Assembly (NCBI GenBank): GCA_012295275.1
Contig: CM022676.1
Span: forward strand, 7,998,001-8,062,000
Origin: Chrysomallon squamiferum
Lineage: Eukaryota > Animalia > Mollusca
DNA: 64,000 nt
Reading direction: 5' to 3'
Of the stretch, positions 1 through 17,472 are shown one piece after another. Within the stretch, counting starts at the first letter, position 1. Every line of letters starts with the position of its first letter. The position numbers and the translations under genes are program-made. Under the pieces are notes generated by a model, which saw only the letters and a program-made list of their open reading frames with translations, searched no databases and was not told the origin of the DNA.

Positions 1-914
1 TCGTTTTATGAGTACCTAAACAACTGCTATTCAATAAAATACCCTGATTAGAAATTCAGCTGTTCACCTGGTAGCCCAGTTTACACTGCTCTTAAAAAGT
101 TCAACACGCGTTTTACTCTTTGTAAAGTAAACTCTGGTTGGCTGTTGATGTTTTTAAATGTAGTCGATCCAGTCGACTGAATCCATTAACTTAAGAAAAT
201 ACGTACTATACAGCGTGCTATTTTGTTACGTGCATATTCGTATGTGTGTATGTGTGTATGTGTGTAAGTGTGTATGTATGCGTGTGTGTTTTATAAATGC
301 ATGTATGTGTATATGTGTGTGTGTATGTATGCCTTTGATATGTATATGAATGTTGGTGTGGGTGTATATGTGCATGTATGTGTGTGTAACTGCGAATGTG
401 TGTGTATGTCTAAGTACGTACAGACAGTCTCGTTCAGTTTAATTTTATGAACGTTATCCTCTGCCAGTAGACCGTGTATATAAAAAATGTTACTCCACGT
501 TCTGTTACCTTTTGCTGAAAGCCTCTTTAAACCTTGGCAATTAATTTCTTTACATCCTGTCGGCTGTAAATTTAGCCGAGAGGAAAAAAGGCATTCTAGT
601 GTTACTGGGGAGCTATTTCTCACACAATACAACCTACTCATTTCATAATGTTATGTGCTTACTTAGCCTACTATGAGAAAAACTGTAAACCAATTTTAAT
701 GTAAGTAGGGCATTTATAATTATAGGATCCCCATTATTATATGTACAGTACTGTATAAAGTAACACCATCTCAACCTTAAACCACACATATTTATATTCT
801 TTTTCAGTAAACACTTAGTCTACACCAAACTCACTTAAACTGTATTATATTTAGTACTTGCTGCAAAAAACAACAACAACAACAACAAATAATAATAACA
901 AACACAACTACAGC

Positions 915-971
<57 letters not shown>

Positions 972-1637
972 AATAAAATATTTAATGGTCACTGCTACTT
1001 GAAGTGGGCCAAAAATGTCGCTCCAGAATCTTGTCGACGACAAATTAAAATAATAAAAATAAATAAAAATCTGCGATTAAATTTGAGCACAAGATGCACG
1101 CAAAATGAGAGCAAAGCAAGTGAAATTGACAACTGCGCATGCTTGATCCGTGTCCAGTCCTCCCGAGATGAGTTTTATTTATTTTGTTACGTTTTATTTC
1201 TCAGCTTTGTTCACGTTAAATTAAAGATGGCTGGCGTGGAAAAAAATAACAATTCCATAATGCACTCTTCTGTTGAGCGGTGAGCTTGAGAAAATCGGAC
1301 CGAGTATGAACGCAATCAGGACGGAAGGTGCCGAGTATGTCCGAACAGTGTCGACAGAGAAATATGAGACTAGCTTTAGCCGCTGCTGTCAAAGGTAAAG
1401 TCGAACAGTCGTAACTGTACAGTTCGTAAGTCGACGACAGTCTGTATGTAGGTATGTGTGTTTTTGATTTGTTAAATCAAAACAAACAGTTATTTACAAT
1501 GATTAATATGCAATAAATAAAGTGCATCAAGGAAGAAAAAAATGAAAAGAAAAGAAGATTAACACAAATACAATTGTCCTATAACCGAACTTCAAAAATA
1601 TACTAAGTAATTTTCAAAAAAAAAAAAAAAATGATAA

Positions 1638-1688
<51 letters not shown>

Positions 1689-1718
1689 GTAAATAAATAA
1701 ACAAGAAAAGATGCTCAC

Positions 1719-1767
1719 CATGCACTGCACAAAATACCACAGTTAAGAGAAGGCAGACACGGCTCAT
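1719..1767 (-). CDS. orphan signal-peptide exon (MSRVCLLLTVVFCAVH-G), rest of gene unresolved
   Basis: ATG at 1767, hydrophobic 16 codons + 1 nt, then G|gtgagc donor; TATAAAA on minus at 1805-1811. No convincing in-frame next exon found (a candidate at 835-860 gives a stop after 8 codons). Confidence 0.45.
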
Positions 1768-2177
1768 GTTTGCTAGGTAACCAAGGTTCAAACTACTCAC
1801 AAAGTTTTATACCTGTAATCTTATAGCTTACCCGTTTGTGTTACGTAGACCGTAGCGCGCTCTAAAAAAAAATAATAATAATAATAAAAACAATTCTAAA
1901 AAAAAAAAAAAAGAAGGTCATTGCGACTTGTCTCCTGTTACTGGTGTTTGGTTCATTGTTGACGTAATACGAAGCGAACATGTAATATATAGATGTTGTG
2001 AGTGTGTTCATGATTGTATTGTGTGAGGGTTTTCTCGTACGTATTTACAGACAAAAAAGAGAAAGAAGTTGACATGCAGATACACGCCTTGTATAGGCAC
2101 ACTTATATTTATATCCGTTTTTATTATGATTATTATTGTTGTTTTTGTTGTTGTCGTCATTACCTTCAACATCAGGG

Positions 2178-2236
<59 letters not shown>

Positions 2237-2869
2237 GTTGTTGTTGTTTTTATTATTATTATTATGATTATTATTATGATTATTATTGTTATTAATATTA
2301 TTGTTATTGTTGTTGTTGTTGTTGTTGTTGATGTTGATGTCTCTCCTTCATGTTGTTTTACAGTTATTGTTGTTATTACTCTTGTATTTGCTGTTGTATT
2401 TGCTGTCTATTATTGTTATTATTGTTGCCTAATGTTGGAAACCAGTCTACTATCAAACTCACATTTGATTTCTTTACACATACTGTGCACTGAACCGAAA
2501 CAAAAAAAAAACATAGCTAAAATGATCTTATTGAAATCACAATCTATGCATTTCGTAAGGTTGTGTGTTTTCTTAGCCTGACACGACGAACTGGTGTATT
2601 TAAATGTGTTACTGTGACATTACGTGGTATATACGTAGTATGTAAGTTACAGAGAATTAATTTCCTTATTAACACATCACTGCACGTGTTTTAAATTACT
2701 TGCAGTTAACTGCTTTGAGTTTCGTTGTTATTGTTACCGGGTTGTTCTGTCATCATCATCATTATTTTTATTTATTGCTATTATTGCTATTATTATCCTC
2801 CGAGTTCTATTACAGCTAATACTGCAGCTACAAAAACAACAAGAACTACTACTACTACTACTTCTACTA

Positions 2870-3097
2870 CTATTACTACTACTACTCTGCTATATTACTA
2901 TACTACTAGTTCTTCTAATAGTATATTACTTACTAAACTCATGGCCGTCTTTAAAATATTACATACATATACAACTATTCACAGAAATAAACAGGTAAAT
3001 GATCGATACATTCAAACATATATTTATTGTATTGGTACTTCTTACAAAATCAAGCTCAAACATTAACAGATATTTACAGTTTAGTGTAGTAAAATAT

Positions 3098-3132
<35 letters not shown>

Positions 3133-3523
3133 TTGACAGCAAGTCATAATATACAGTGGCATCCCACAGTATAGTGTATACTACTGTTACAACAACTACT
3201 ATTACTACTACTACTCTGCTATATTACTATACTACTAGTTCTTCTAATAGTATATTACTTACTAAACTCATGGCCGTCTTTAAAATATTACATACATATA
3301 CAACTATTCACAGAAATAAACAGGTAAATGATCGATACATTCAAACATATATTTATTGTATTGGTACTTCTTACAAAATCAAGCTCAAACATTAACAGAT
3401 ATTTACAGTTTAGTGTAGTAAAATATTTATTTATTTATTTATTTATTTATTTATTGACAGCAAGTCATAATATACAGTGGCATCCCACAGTATAGTGTAT
3501 ACTACTGTTACAACAACTACTAT

Positions 3524-3530
<7 letters not shown>
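2870..3530. repeat. direct tandem duplication, period ~321 bp
   Basis: Near-identical text repeated (ORFs at 3156 and 3477 both start MASHSIVYTT); related non-coding sequence also at ~39150-39400 and ~53330-53660. Confidence 0.85.
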
Positions 3531-3557
<27 letters not shown>

Positions 3558-4053
3558 GCTGCTACTCTTCCAGCTACTATTACGACTACGATTAATACTA
3601 TAAATGTGTTTATTATTTTTGTTATTGATGTAGCTGAAGTTGATGTTATTATTGTTACTGTTGTCATTTTAGTTGTTGATGTTTTCTTGTTTGATGTAGT
3701 TATTGCTGTTTCTGTTAATATAGACGAACATTAAAAACATTAACAAATGATTGCAAAATAATAAAAAGGTTTGAAGGCTAATGTCACATAATAATCTTCA
3801 ATTCTTATTATTTGTATTTCTCTATTAATAGTATAAATAAATGAATAAATAAATAATAAATAATAAATAATGATAATAATAATAATGTTATTATTTTGTT
3901 CATAAATTTATATATATATTTGAAGATATTCTTGGTCAAATGATAATTGTTACATTATAAGAACACGTAAAACTCATTATAAAAAAATCCTGATTAAAGA
4001 ATCGAAATGTATTCTCTATACATATTTTAGATTTTTTTGTCACTCTTTTATCG

Positions 4054-4100
<47 letters not shown>

Positions 4101-4232
4101 ATTATTATTTATTTTATTATTTATATAGATAGATAGATAGATAGTTAGACAGATATACACTCTGTATTTGAATTCTCGGAGTCTATGAAATTTAGTTAGT
4201 TTCACTGTTATTCTCTGATTGGTTGTCAGAAT

Positions 4233-7200
4233 TTATGTTGACATAGGTCTCTTCATTTTTTGTTCCATAAGTGAGGAGTATGCATCGGTGTCGCCCTCTG
4301 GTGGCGCATCATTTCCTGTAATAGAAATAGAAGGATACCGTTAATTAGGAGAGAATGATAGTAAAAGCAGTGATGGTGATAATGTTTATAATAATAACAT
4401 AGTAATGACGGCAATGTCAGTGATGACGACGATGGTGATGATGAGGATGATGATGATGATGACAATGATATGACAATAACGAGAACAAAATATCCGGAGG
4501 AAACTCAAAAATAATAAAACTAATCTATCGATGGATGGATGAACATCTGTGTCTGTATAACTGCCTGTGCAGGACACTTTATCTATAATTATTAAAAACC
4601 TAAATAAATTTAATTTACCTTTGTCTGGGGCTGGATGGTAATAAATCTCATCTACTTTATGGTTGCTGAAATTATAAACATCGAAAATTAATTAATAACA
4701 GGAAAAGTAGAAATACAGATCTTATTAATTACTAACAGACAAATTATTAATTAATTCTAAATAAAGTTAATAAACCACAATTATATATAAAAAATAAATA
4801 ATGCTATTATTAGTGCTAAAATATAGGCAAACTTTAATCATAAAATAGGCTAAAATTATATAAATACAGACTAAAGGCGAAAAATGTCTCGCTTGCTGTT
4901 TACCATTAGTTTATCCAAAATCTAGCTCTTTCCTTCTGAGTAAAACAAAATCCACTGTAATTTTAATTTTTGTTCACCTTTTAACTTTTCTGAACCAGAT
5001 AACAACAAAAACAACAACAACAACAACAACAAGTACGGCGACAGGAATACCAATAGCCAACCCTTCTCTATTATGAGTGTTATTTTGATCTAAAAATAAA
5101 ACAAAAATGAATTAGGCAATTATTTATATATGTTTTAAGTCGTGACAATCTTTATGTTGCATGCGTGTGAATGCGTGCGTGCGTGTTTATATTTTCAGAG
5201 ATTATAATAACAAAAAATAAAATAAAAAACATTTTAAAAGAACAGTATCTCTACTAATACTACTATTACTACTGCTATTGCTGTTACGATACTACTATTA
5301 CTACTGCTATTAGTATAATGACTACAACTACCGCTGTTACTACAAACTACTACTACTTCTCTTACTAAAGCTACGGCTTAACTGCTGTTTCTTTCGTATC
5401 TGGGGGTTGTCGCTATACACGTGTAAAAGCCATTTTCTGATTTGCTATTAATATCAGCCAATGAGACAACACTGTTATTACTTATCACGTGACCTGTGAC
5501 CTGCCATTCATAGTCACATGTCAGGAAAAATATCGCAGAACATATCACAGTGACAGACAAAACGGATTTAGTGAGTGACGAGGAAAGGAAAATGTTCATC
5601 CCTTATATTGCTAAAATTGGCATGCACTCAATTACAAATGGTGCTCTTGGCCTCTCAGTGGATATACTGAGGCAGGTTGTCAGTTTAGTCTGACTGTTTT
5701 CGCTTCAAATCCAAGAAAAACAAAAGTTAATAAAATCTAACCGTATCTGGCCTACAAAACAAACATACTTCCAAAGAATGAGCGAAATATTCCTTTGATC
5801 CTTAATTTCTTTTCAGCAGTTTATTATTTATAGTTCTTCAGTAGGTAGGTAATGTGTATTTGCTATTATTAATATACCTTCAGAGAGTAGGTAATTATTT
5901 ATTTGCTATTGTTAAATTATCTTCTATTAAAACGGTAACTTTTACTGGTGTTGATTATTTCTTGCATATGTGCATACTAAATAAACACATACTATATAAG
6001 CGCACAGACACATACACACGTAGATGCACACATATGGGTATGCATATACAGACATACATCCATACAAATATGGATATAAATATGGATCATTGAAATAAAG
6101 TTACATACATACATACATACATACATAATTAAATACATACAATATACACGTACATAAATTACATTACATTATATTAAATCACACGCACAGACACATATGA
6201 ATTTACACCTTGATATACATACTGACAAACACACTTCAGACTTCGGATTACTGGCAATGTTACATATTAACGTAACATTTAGTTTATTCTTCCTTGCAAA
6301 TTTAGTTAAACCTTTAATTATCGCAGTCGACGTAATCTATCTATCAATGTATATTGGTATATCAGTCTATCTATATATATATATATCTATCTCTATCTAT
6401 CTATCTGTGCATCAGTTTATCTTCCTGTTTTGATATTTTTTAATAAACATTTTATGATCTGTATTCAATATTAAATACAAAATAAAATGAATTAAAACTT
6501 ACACTCAACATTAATAATGATTTGTTTATGTGCTGTTTCGTTCGTATCCGGATTAACAGCAGTGCACGTGTAGACGCCATCTTGATATCTCGTGATATTA
6601 ATAATAAATAAGTTATTTTTACCTCTCACTTCTAGTTTTACTTCATTGCTGTCTGGTATGTAAACTCCACATCTCAATACTGTTCCTTGTTGACTGAGGT
6701 TGACAGATGTTATTGTCAGTGTGTTTATATGAATTGAACAGTAAAACGTGTATTCTTTTGGATGTTCAGTAAGAACATGACATTGACCGAGTGTACGTCC
6801 TCTGTTCATGCTGTATTCTGCGTTATTCACAAACCAAGTTATTAGAGGAAAGGCATCTCCTCGACAGGTAAAAGTAAAACGTGATCCAACAACTGCATAT
6901 GTGTCTGACGTTGTTAAATTGTGACCTTCAATTTAAAATAATGATAAAAACAATAATAACAATAAAATAAAATAATAATAAAAATTAAATTAAAAATATA
7001 ATAAAAAATATTAAAATTAAAATTGAAATTAAATTATTATTATTATTGATTAGTATTATTATTATTATTTTATTTTATTTTATTTTTATTTTTATTTTTT
7101 GATAATTACATTATTTCTAGGTTATACGTTACCTTGTGTTCTTCTCGTTATTATTATTATTATTATTATTGTACTTTATTACAGAATTTTACTTTGTATT

Positions 7201-7482
7201 ACATTATGTTACGTTACGCTGTGTTATGGATTGTCATATTACATTATGTTATATAACGTTATACATGTTTTAATACAGATATACTTTTAAAGTTCAAATC
7301 GCACAATTACAGATTTCATTTGACATTAATCAGCAATAGATAATCTCGACTCCACCTAGATTTCACAATTACTAAATGACATTAACTGAAATAGAGATAA
7401 ATAATCTGAATATAAAATACTTACCTTGTACGTACAATATACATCCCAGTGAAAGGAAAATACAAAATAACTTACAACTCAT
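4233..7482 (-). CDS. IgSF receptor A2: signal peptide - V-like Ig - TM - Tyr-containing tail (~200 aa)
   Basis: Exons: SP 7425-7482 (MSCKLFCIFLSLGCILYVQG), V 6623-6925, TM 4978-5089 (GLAIGIPVAVLV7FVVIWFRKVK), 47-nt exon 4619-4665 (NHKVDEIYYHPAPDK), terminal 4233-4315 (..DAYSSLMEQKMKRPMST*). All GT-AG and phase compatible (603 nt). Confidence 0.65.
5390..5585 (-). pseudogene. degenerate C2/I-like Ig exon
   Basis: CDYEWQVTGHVISNNSVVSLADIN..GFYTC matches the 42920-43189 exon; 5' end replaced by a Tc1-like fragment, internal deletion and late frameshift. Confidence 0.75.
5590..5822 (-). mobile_element. Tc1/mariner terminal fragment
   Basis: Homologous to 14600-14826, which adjoins recognisable Tc1 transposase coding remnants. 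Confidence 0.55.
6623..6925 (-). CDS. V-like Ig domain exon of A2
   Basis: ag|GTCACAAT...GTGAGAG|gtaaaa, 303 nt, FTFTCRGDAFPLITWF...GQC...FYC...LTI...GTVLRCG. Confidence 0.85.
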
Positions 7483-7815
7483 ATCCAGTATATTTTAGTT
7501 TTCACTGCCGTTAATAAAAATATAGTTTTTACTTTAACTCTACCACTCTGTTCAAAACCAGCCATGAATGGAAGAAGACGCACAAACAAATCTAACCTAA
7601 ACTACCCAGACAGAAACAAGCACACGTATAAATACAAGCAGACCTACATATACACCACACAGACACACAAACACACACACACTCACACACAGACCTATAT
7701 ACATGTATGTTTAACAACACGTTCAAGAACGCCTACTTTTGCTTTTACAGTTATAATAACTAATATACCACAACCCCCTATAAATATCACTCTCTATCTC
7801 TCTGTCTACCTATCA

Positions 7816-7946
7816 TTATATTTTGATATAAAATTTGTATGGTGCGGATCCACGAACATTCCGTGGTCCTGAAAGAAAATTGTAAATAGTGAACATGCCT
7901 GCGCACGTCAACGTCCTGGCACCCACGCGCACACACACACACACAG

Positions 7947-7979
<33 letters not shown>

Positions 7980-8580
7980 TAGACACACACACACACACAC
8001 ACATACACACTATGTAATCTATAGCGTAGCAAAGTGAGCCAGACATTTACCTCTATACTATTAATAGTAAAAAAAGTTAATTTTACCTTTCACTTCCAGT
8101 TTTACTTCATTGCTGCGTTCTGCGTCATCACCACATCTCCACACTGTTCCTTGTTGACTGCGTTTGACAGATTTTATTGTGAGGAGATTTATATCATCTG
8201 AACAGTAAAACGTGTATTCTTTTGGATGTTCACCAAGAAAATGACATTCACCGTTCAATGCTCGTTCCATCTTATATTCTGTTTTATTCATAGACCAAAT
8301 TATATGAGGATAACCGCTTCCGTGGCATGTAAAAGTAAAAGGTGATCCAACAACTGCATATTTGTCCGATGTTGTTAAACTGTGATACTGACCTTTTTTA
8401 AAATAATAATAAAAAAATTATATAAAATTAAATAAAAACTAAAATTCAAGTTCAAAAATAATAATAATAATTAAATTAAAAAATAATAAAAACATTAAGG
8501 AATGCAGAATACATACCTTGTTCGATCAATACGAATCCCGGTAACATGAAAACACAGAATAACTTACAAATCATTTCCAT
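7816..8580 (-). CDS. IgSF gene A1: signal peptide + V-like Ig (+ truncated exon; predicted secreted, ~140 aa)
   Basis: SP 8517-8580 ([22 protein letters not shown]), V 8087-8392 (306 nt, open), then acceptor at 7868 giving [17 protein letters not shown] (truncated copy of the third-Ig exon of gene D). Confidence 0.6.
8087..8392 (-). CDS. V-like Ig domain exon of A1
   Basis: [34 protein letters not shown]...GEC...FYC...GTVWRCG...EVKLEVK, canonical splice sites. Confidence 0.85.
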
Positions 8581-9480
8581 TGCTTTAGTTTTCACTGCCG
8601 ATAACAAAAATATACTTTTGTTATTGTAATTTCTGTATATCTTTCCTTCACTACTTTTAATATAAACACAGTTTCTTCACTACCTTCTTCTTTTAAATTC
8701 TTCCTTGTTTTTTTGTTGTTTTTACTGCTCGTCTCGCAACACAAACAACCGTTTTATTCTTTGTAAAATAACATCTATATCCTGGAAATCCACTGAGCTG
8801 ACTTCAGCAGTTCGCTGCTACCACAACAATATCGTTTAGTTGTACATACACGTGCTGCAAGAAGAATACCATGACCTCTATCATAAAATCACCGACTGGG
8901 AAAACTTGGAAAATGTCTGACTTGATCTAAACACAGACATAACCGTTAGCTGACTAGCACGTGGCCGCTTTTCAGCACGACGAACACTTGTTTAAACGAA
9001 CGGTAGTCAACGCCTCCCACGCCATTCACATGCACTCCAAGGCGGACGACGTTTCTCAGTGGTGTCTATTATTACTTTTTAAAGTATATATCTCTGTATG
9101 TATGTATTTAAAATCCTGTACAAACCGAACACAATAGAATTAATATTCTACACTATAACTTGGCAGAAAGAGTATCATGTGCTTTGAATTAAATTTTTGT
9201 TTCCGTCTTCTCGCATGCGTGGCTGGTTTTGAATAGAGTGCAGAGTTACAACATAACAGAGTGAAACTGATCGTGTCATGTCATAACGTAAGAAACAAAC
9301 CTCAACAAACAGCCATGTTACCTAGGTTATGTCACCAGTGAACATGTACGCCCTTTATTTGTCACCAACTCCTAATTTATTGTGTAATTATCACCTGAAA
9401 ACATTTCTTATAATTAAAAATACACACGCGCACTTACTCACATACAAACATACATACACAGAGATATATATGTGTGTGTA

Positions 9481-9536
<56 letters not shown>

Positions 9537-12225
9537 TATACATACATACGTATTATACATGCAAATTGACTTAACCATGAATTCATTGTATTAATGGGTA
9601 CAATATCTGCCTGCTGTTTGACAGTCACACGGGTAATACATCAGTTAACGAAATTAGGACTATTTATCCAGGTTTTCTGCTTTACGGGTCAAAGGCGTAT
9701 CCATACATACACACATACACGGATATATCTACTCATACAGACACACACATACATATACAGGCACAAAGACATACACATAAATATACACACACACGCACAC
9801 ACACAAACATGCACCGAGACAGAAACAAACACACGCATAAATAGAAGAAGACATACATATACACACAAACAGACACAAACACCCAAACAAAGATGAAAAC
9901 ATATAATACACAGCCAAACACACATTCAGAGAAATATACACACAGACCTACATATATATATATATATGTGTTTAACAAGACACCCAAGAACGCCTACTTC
10001 TGTTTGTAGTTATAATAACTAGTACACGACCACCTCCTATAAATATCACTGGATCCGTCTCTCATACGACTTTTGCAAGTTTAATTCAGGACGTTATAAA
10101 GCAGCCGCATTTGAAAGATTATTTACACCAGTAAATCTGTTTGTCCTGCAATAGCAAATGTATCCGTGACATAACAAACTTAAAGAGTGTAGAAAGTGTA
10201 CTGTATTCTTCAGTGTTTGGACAAAGGAGACAAGTAAAAAAATAATAATAATAATAATTTACTTACTATGTAAAGAAAAAAATATATATATATAGTCGCG
10301 GACACAGAAACAAACTTGTTATATGATAAACTTCAGTAATATATTTAATAAAACATCGTACAGAGTAGTTTAGTAGTTACATCAGTTCCATGTATTACGT
10401 CGCCTATCTTATTTCCTGTTCTAACTCATCGCTCACAATTCGTTTAATCCATTGTCTATCACTGTAATCATTGTTACAAATGCAGCAGTATGCAATTTTT
10501 TTTCTTCAATACGTCCTCTTCCTGAGTAACTTTTAAGTCTGTGTAATATGTAAAATCAACTGTGTACATCTCCTGTACATTTCTAGAAGTATCAAAATCG
10601 GACAAAAAAAGAAAAGAAAAAGAAAAACATTTCAAGACAAAGGAGGTAAGTTTACTTATTTATTCAAAGCCATATTTTAGTAATGCATTTGTATTCAAAG
10701 TTATCAAAGTGTACAGATAATAGCAATTAGATTAGATAATTTATAATTTGCTCCCAGCCCTTCCGTTCTTTTCGTGTTTTGTCAATGTAATGTGCAAAAA
10801 CACTGAATGTATATAACAGTATCCGAATATCCCACACAAGTCGATTCATTATAACTTACAAACACACTTTAGAAGGGTGCAGATGAACACAATGAATGCA
10901 GAGCTGACGTTTTTGAGTTTTTTTTCGATTATTATTATTTATTTATTATTCTAGTCAACAACATAGCTGTGCAGTCCATCGCCTGCCCAAAATTCTTGAA
11001 GATGATGATTTTTTCGATGCGGATGTTTACATTAGTCTCCAGCTGACAGTTCAGAATCTGATGAAAATAGAGGTTTTGTTCATTACTTAAATCATCCAGA
11101 GATTTTTGTTGAAGCAGAAGTAAATTTGTTTCAAAGCGCTGGTTGCAGACAAATAATAGAAATGTCACTGAATCTGAGTATTAACACGTTTCTTCAGAAT
11201 CAACATATCGGGACACAGCTAAGAAAACAAGACCAAGCAGAACAGTCCTGACAAGAAAATTAAATCTATGCTGCATGACCATCAACAGAGTTTGTTTGGA
11301 GACGAAGAGATCACCAAACACATAAATACAACAACCTTGACCTGCAAAGAAGATCCAGCTTTTTCAAACACATCTCGTGTACTGTGGAACTGTTTCACCT
11401 ATTCTTGTTATGGACTCTACTGATCACCAGACAGAGATGTAAGCATTAAAGTGGTAATCATAGATTCGATACCAATAAACATGTCATCAGGATCTTCCTG
11501 GCAATTCTGGTTTGATCTGACTATAATACTTTGTTTTGTCATCCATTGTATTGGAAAAGAAGTATCAACAATCGATCTTCGCGGGTTAAACATTTCTTGC
11601 CTTAAAATCCCCAAAATATCAGACAGGACAAAGAAGGACATTTCACCAGTTAAAACATGCAGACGCATTAAATGCAATCCAAGCCGTTCATTTCAAAATG
11701 AAAAACCAGTTCGTACGCACTCCTCAAACTTTTATAAAATTATTATTTAATCATCATATAGAATTATGTTGAACTGAGTATAAAAATACGAAAAACTCAA
11801 AAGTATCACCAAAACATGATACGGGTTACCAGACACTGGAGCGTCATCTCTTGTTAGTACAGAAAACTGTAAATATAGTTTTATTCTGCCACTGATAACC
11901 AGGAATTTCATTTCTCGGGTCACTTTTATATGTGAAAACGGACACCTTCATGACGTCACGATCTTACGTCAGAGAAATAAAATGTGCGAATGTGAGCAAT
12001 GTTTCATTTTGTTTACATCAATGTCTGAGTGTGTAAATACCTTACTTTTACATGATAAATATCCCGAGATTATAACATAGTTACAGTCATAGTTCACACA
12101 AAGGTAATCAATTGTAGAATTTCGAGATTAGCAACTCATTAAAATGTTCAAAACTTTTCTCACAGGTTGGTATTTACACAGTTCAGTTCTGTATGATTAA
12201 CAAAAAGTGCTTCTTTTCTTCTTTA

Positions 12226-17472
<5,247 letters not shown>

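Noticed and set aside
2014-2581. Poly-Ile/Tyr/Val/Leu and CVCV/THTH ORFs here and throughout the window
   Set aside because: Translations of (ATT)n, (GTT)n, (ACT)n, (CA)n and (TA)n microsatellites without splice or domain support.
6600-8400. RAG-type recombination signal sequences flanking the V exons
   Set aside because: No CACAGTG-spacer-ACAAAAACC arrangement seen by eye; V exons are bounded by ordinary splice sites.
8780-8920. NF-kB-like sites (TGGAAATCCA, GGGAAAACTT) upstream of A1
   Set aside because: They do not match GGGRNNYYCC and are not retained in the paralogous region upstream of B.
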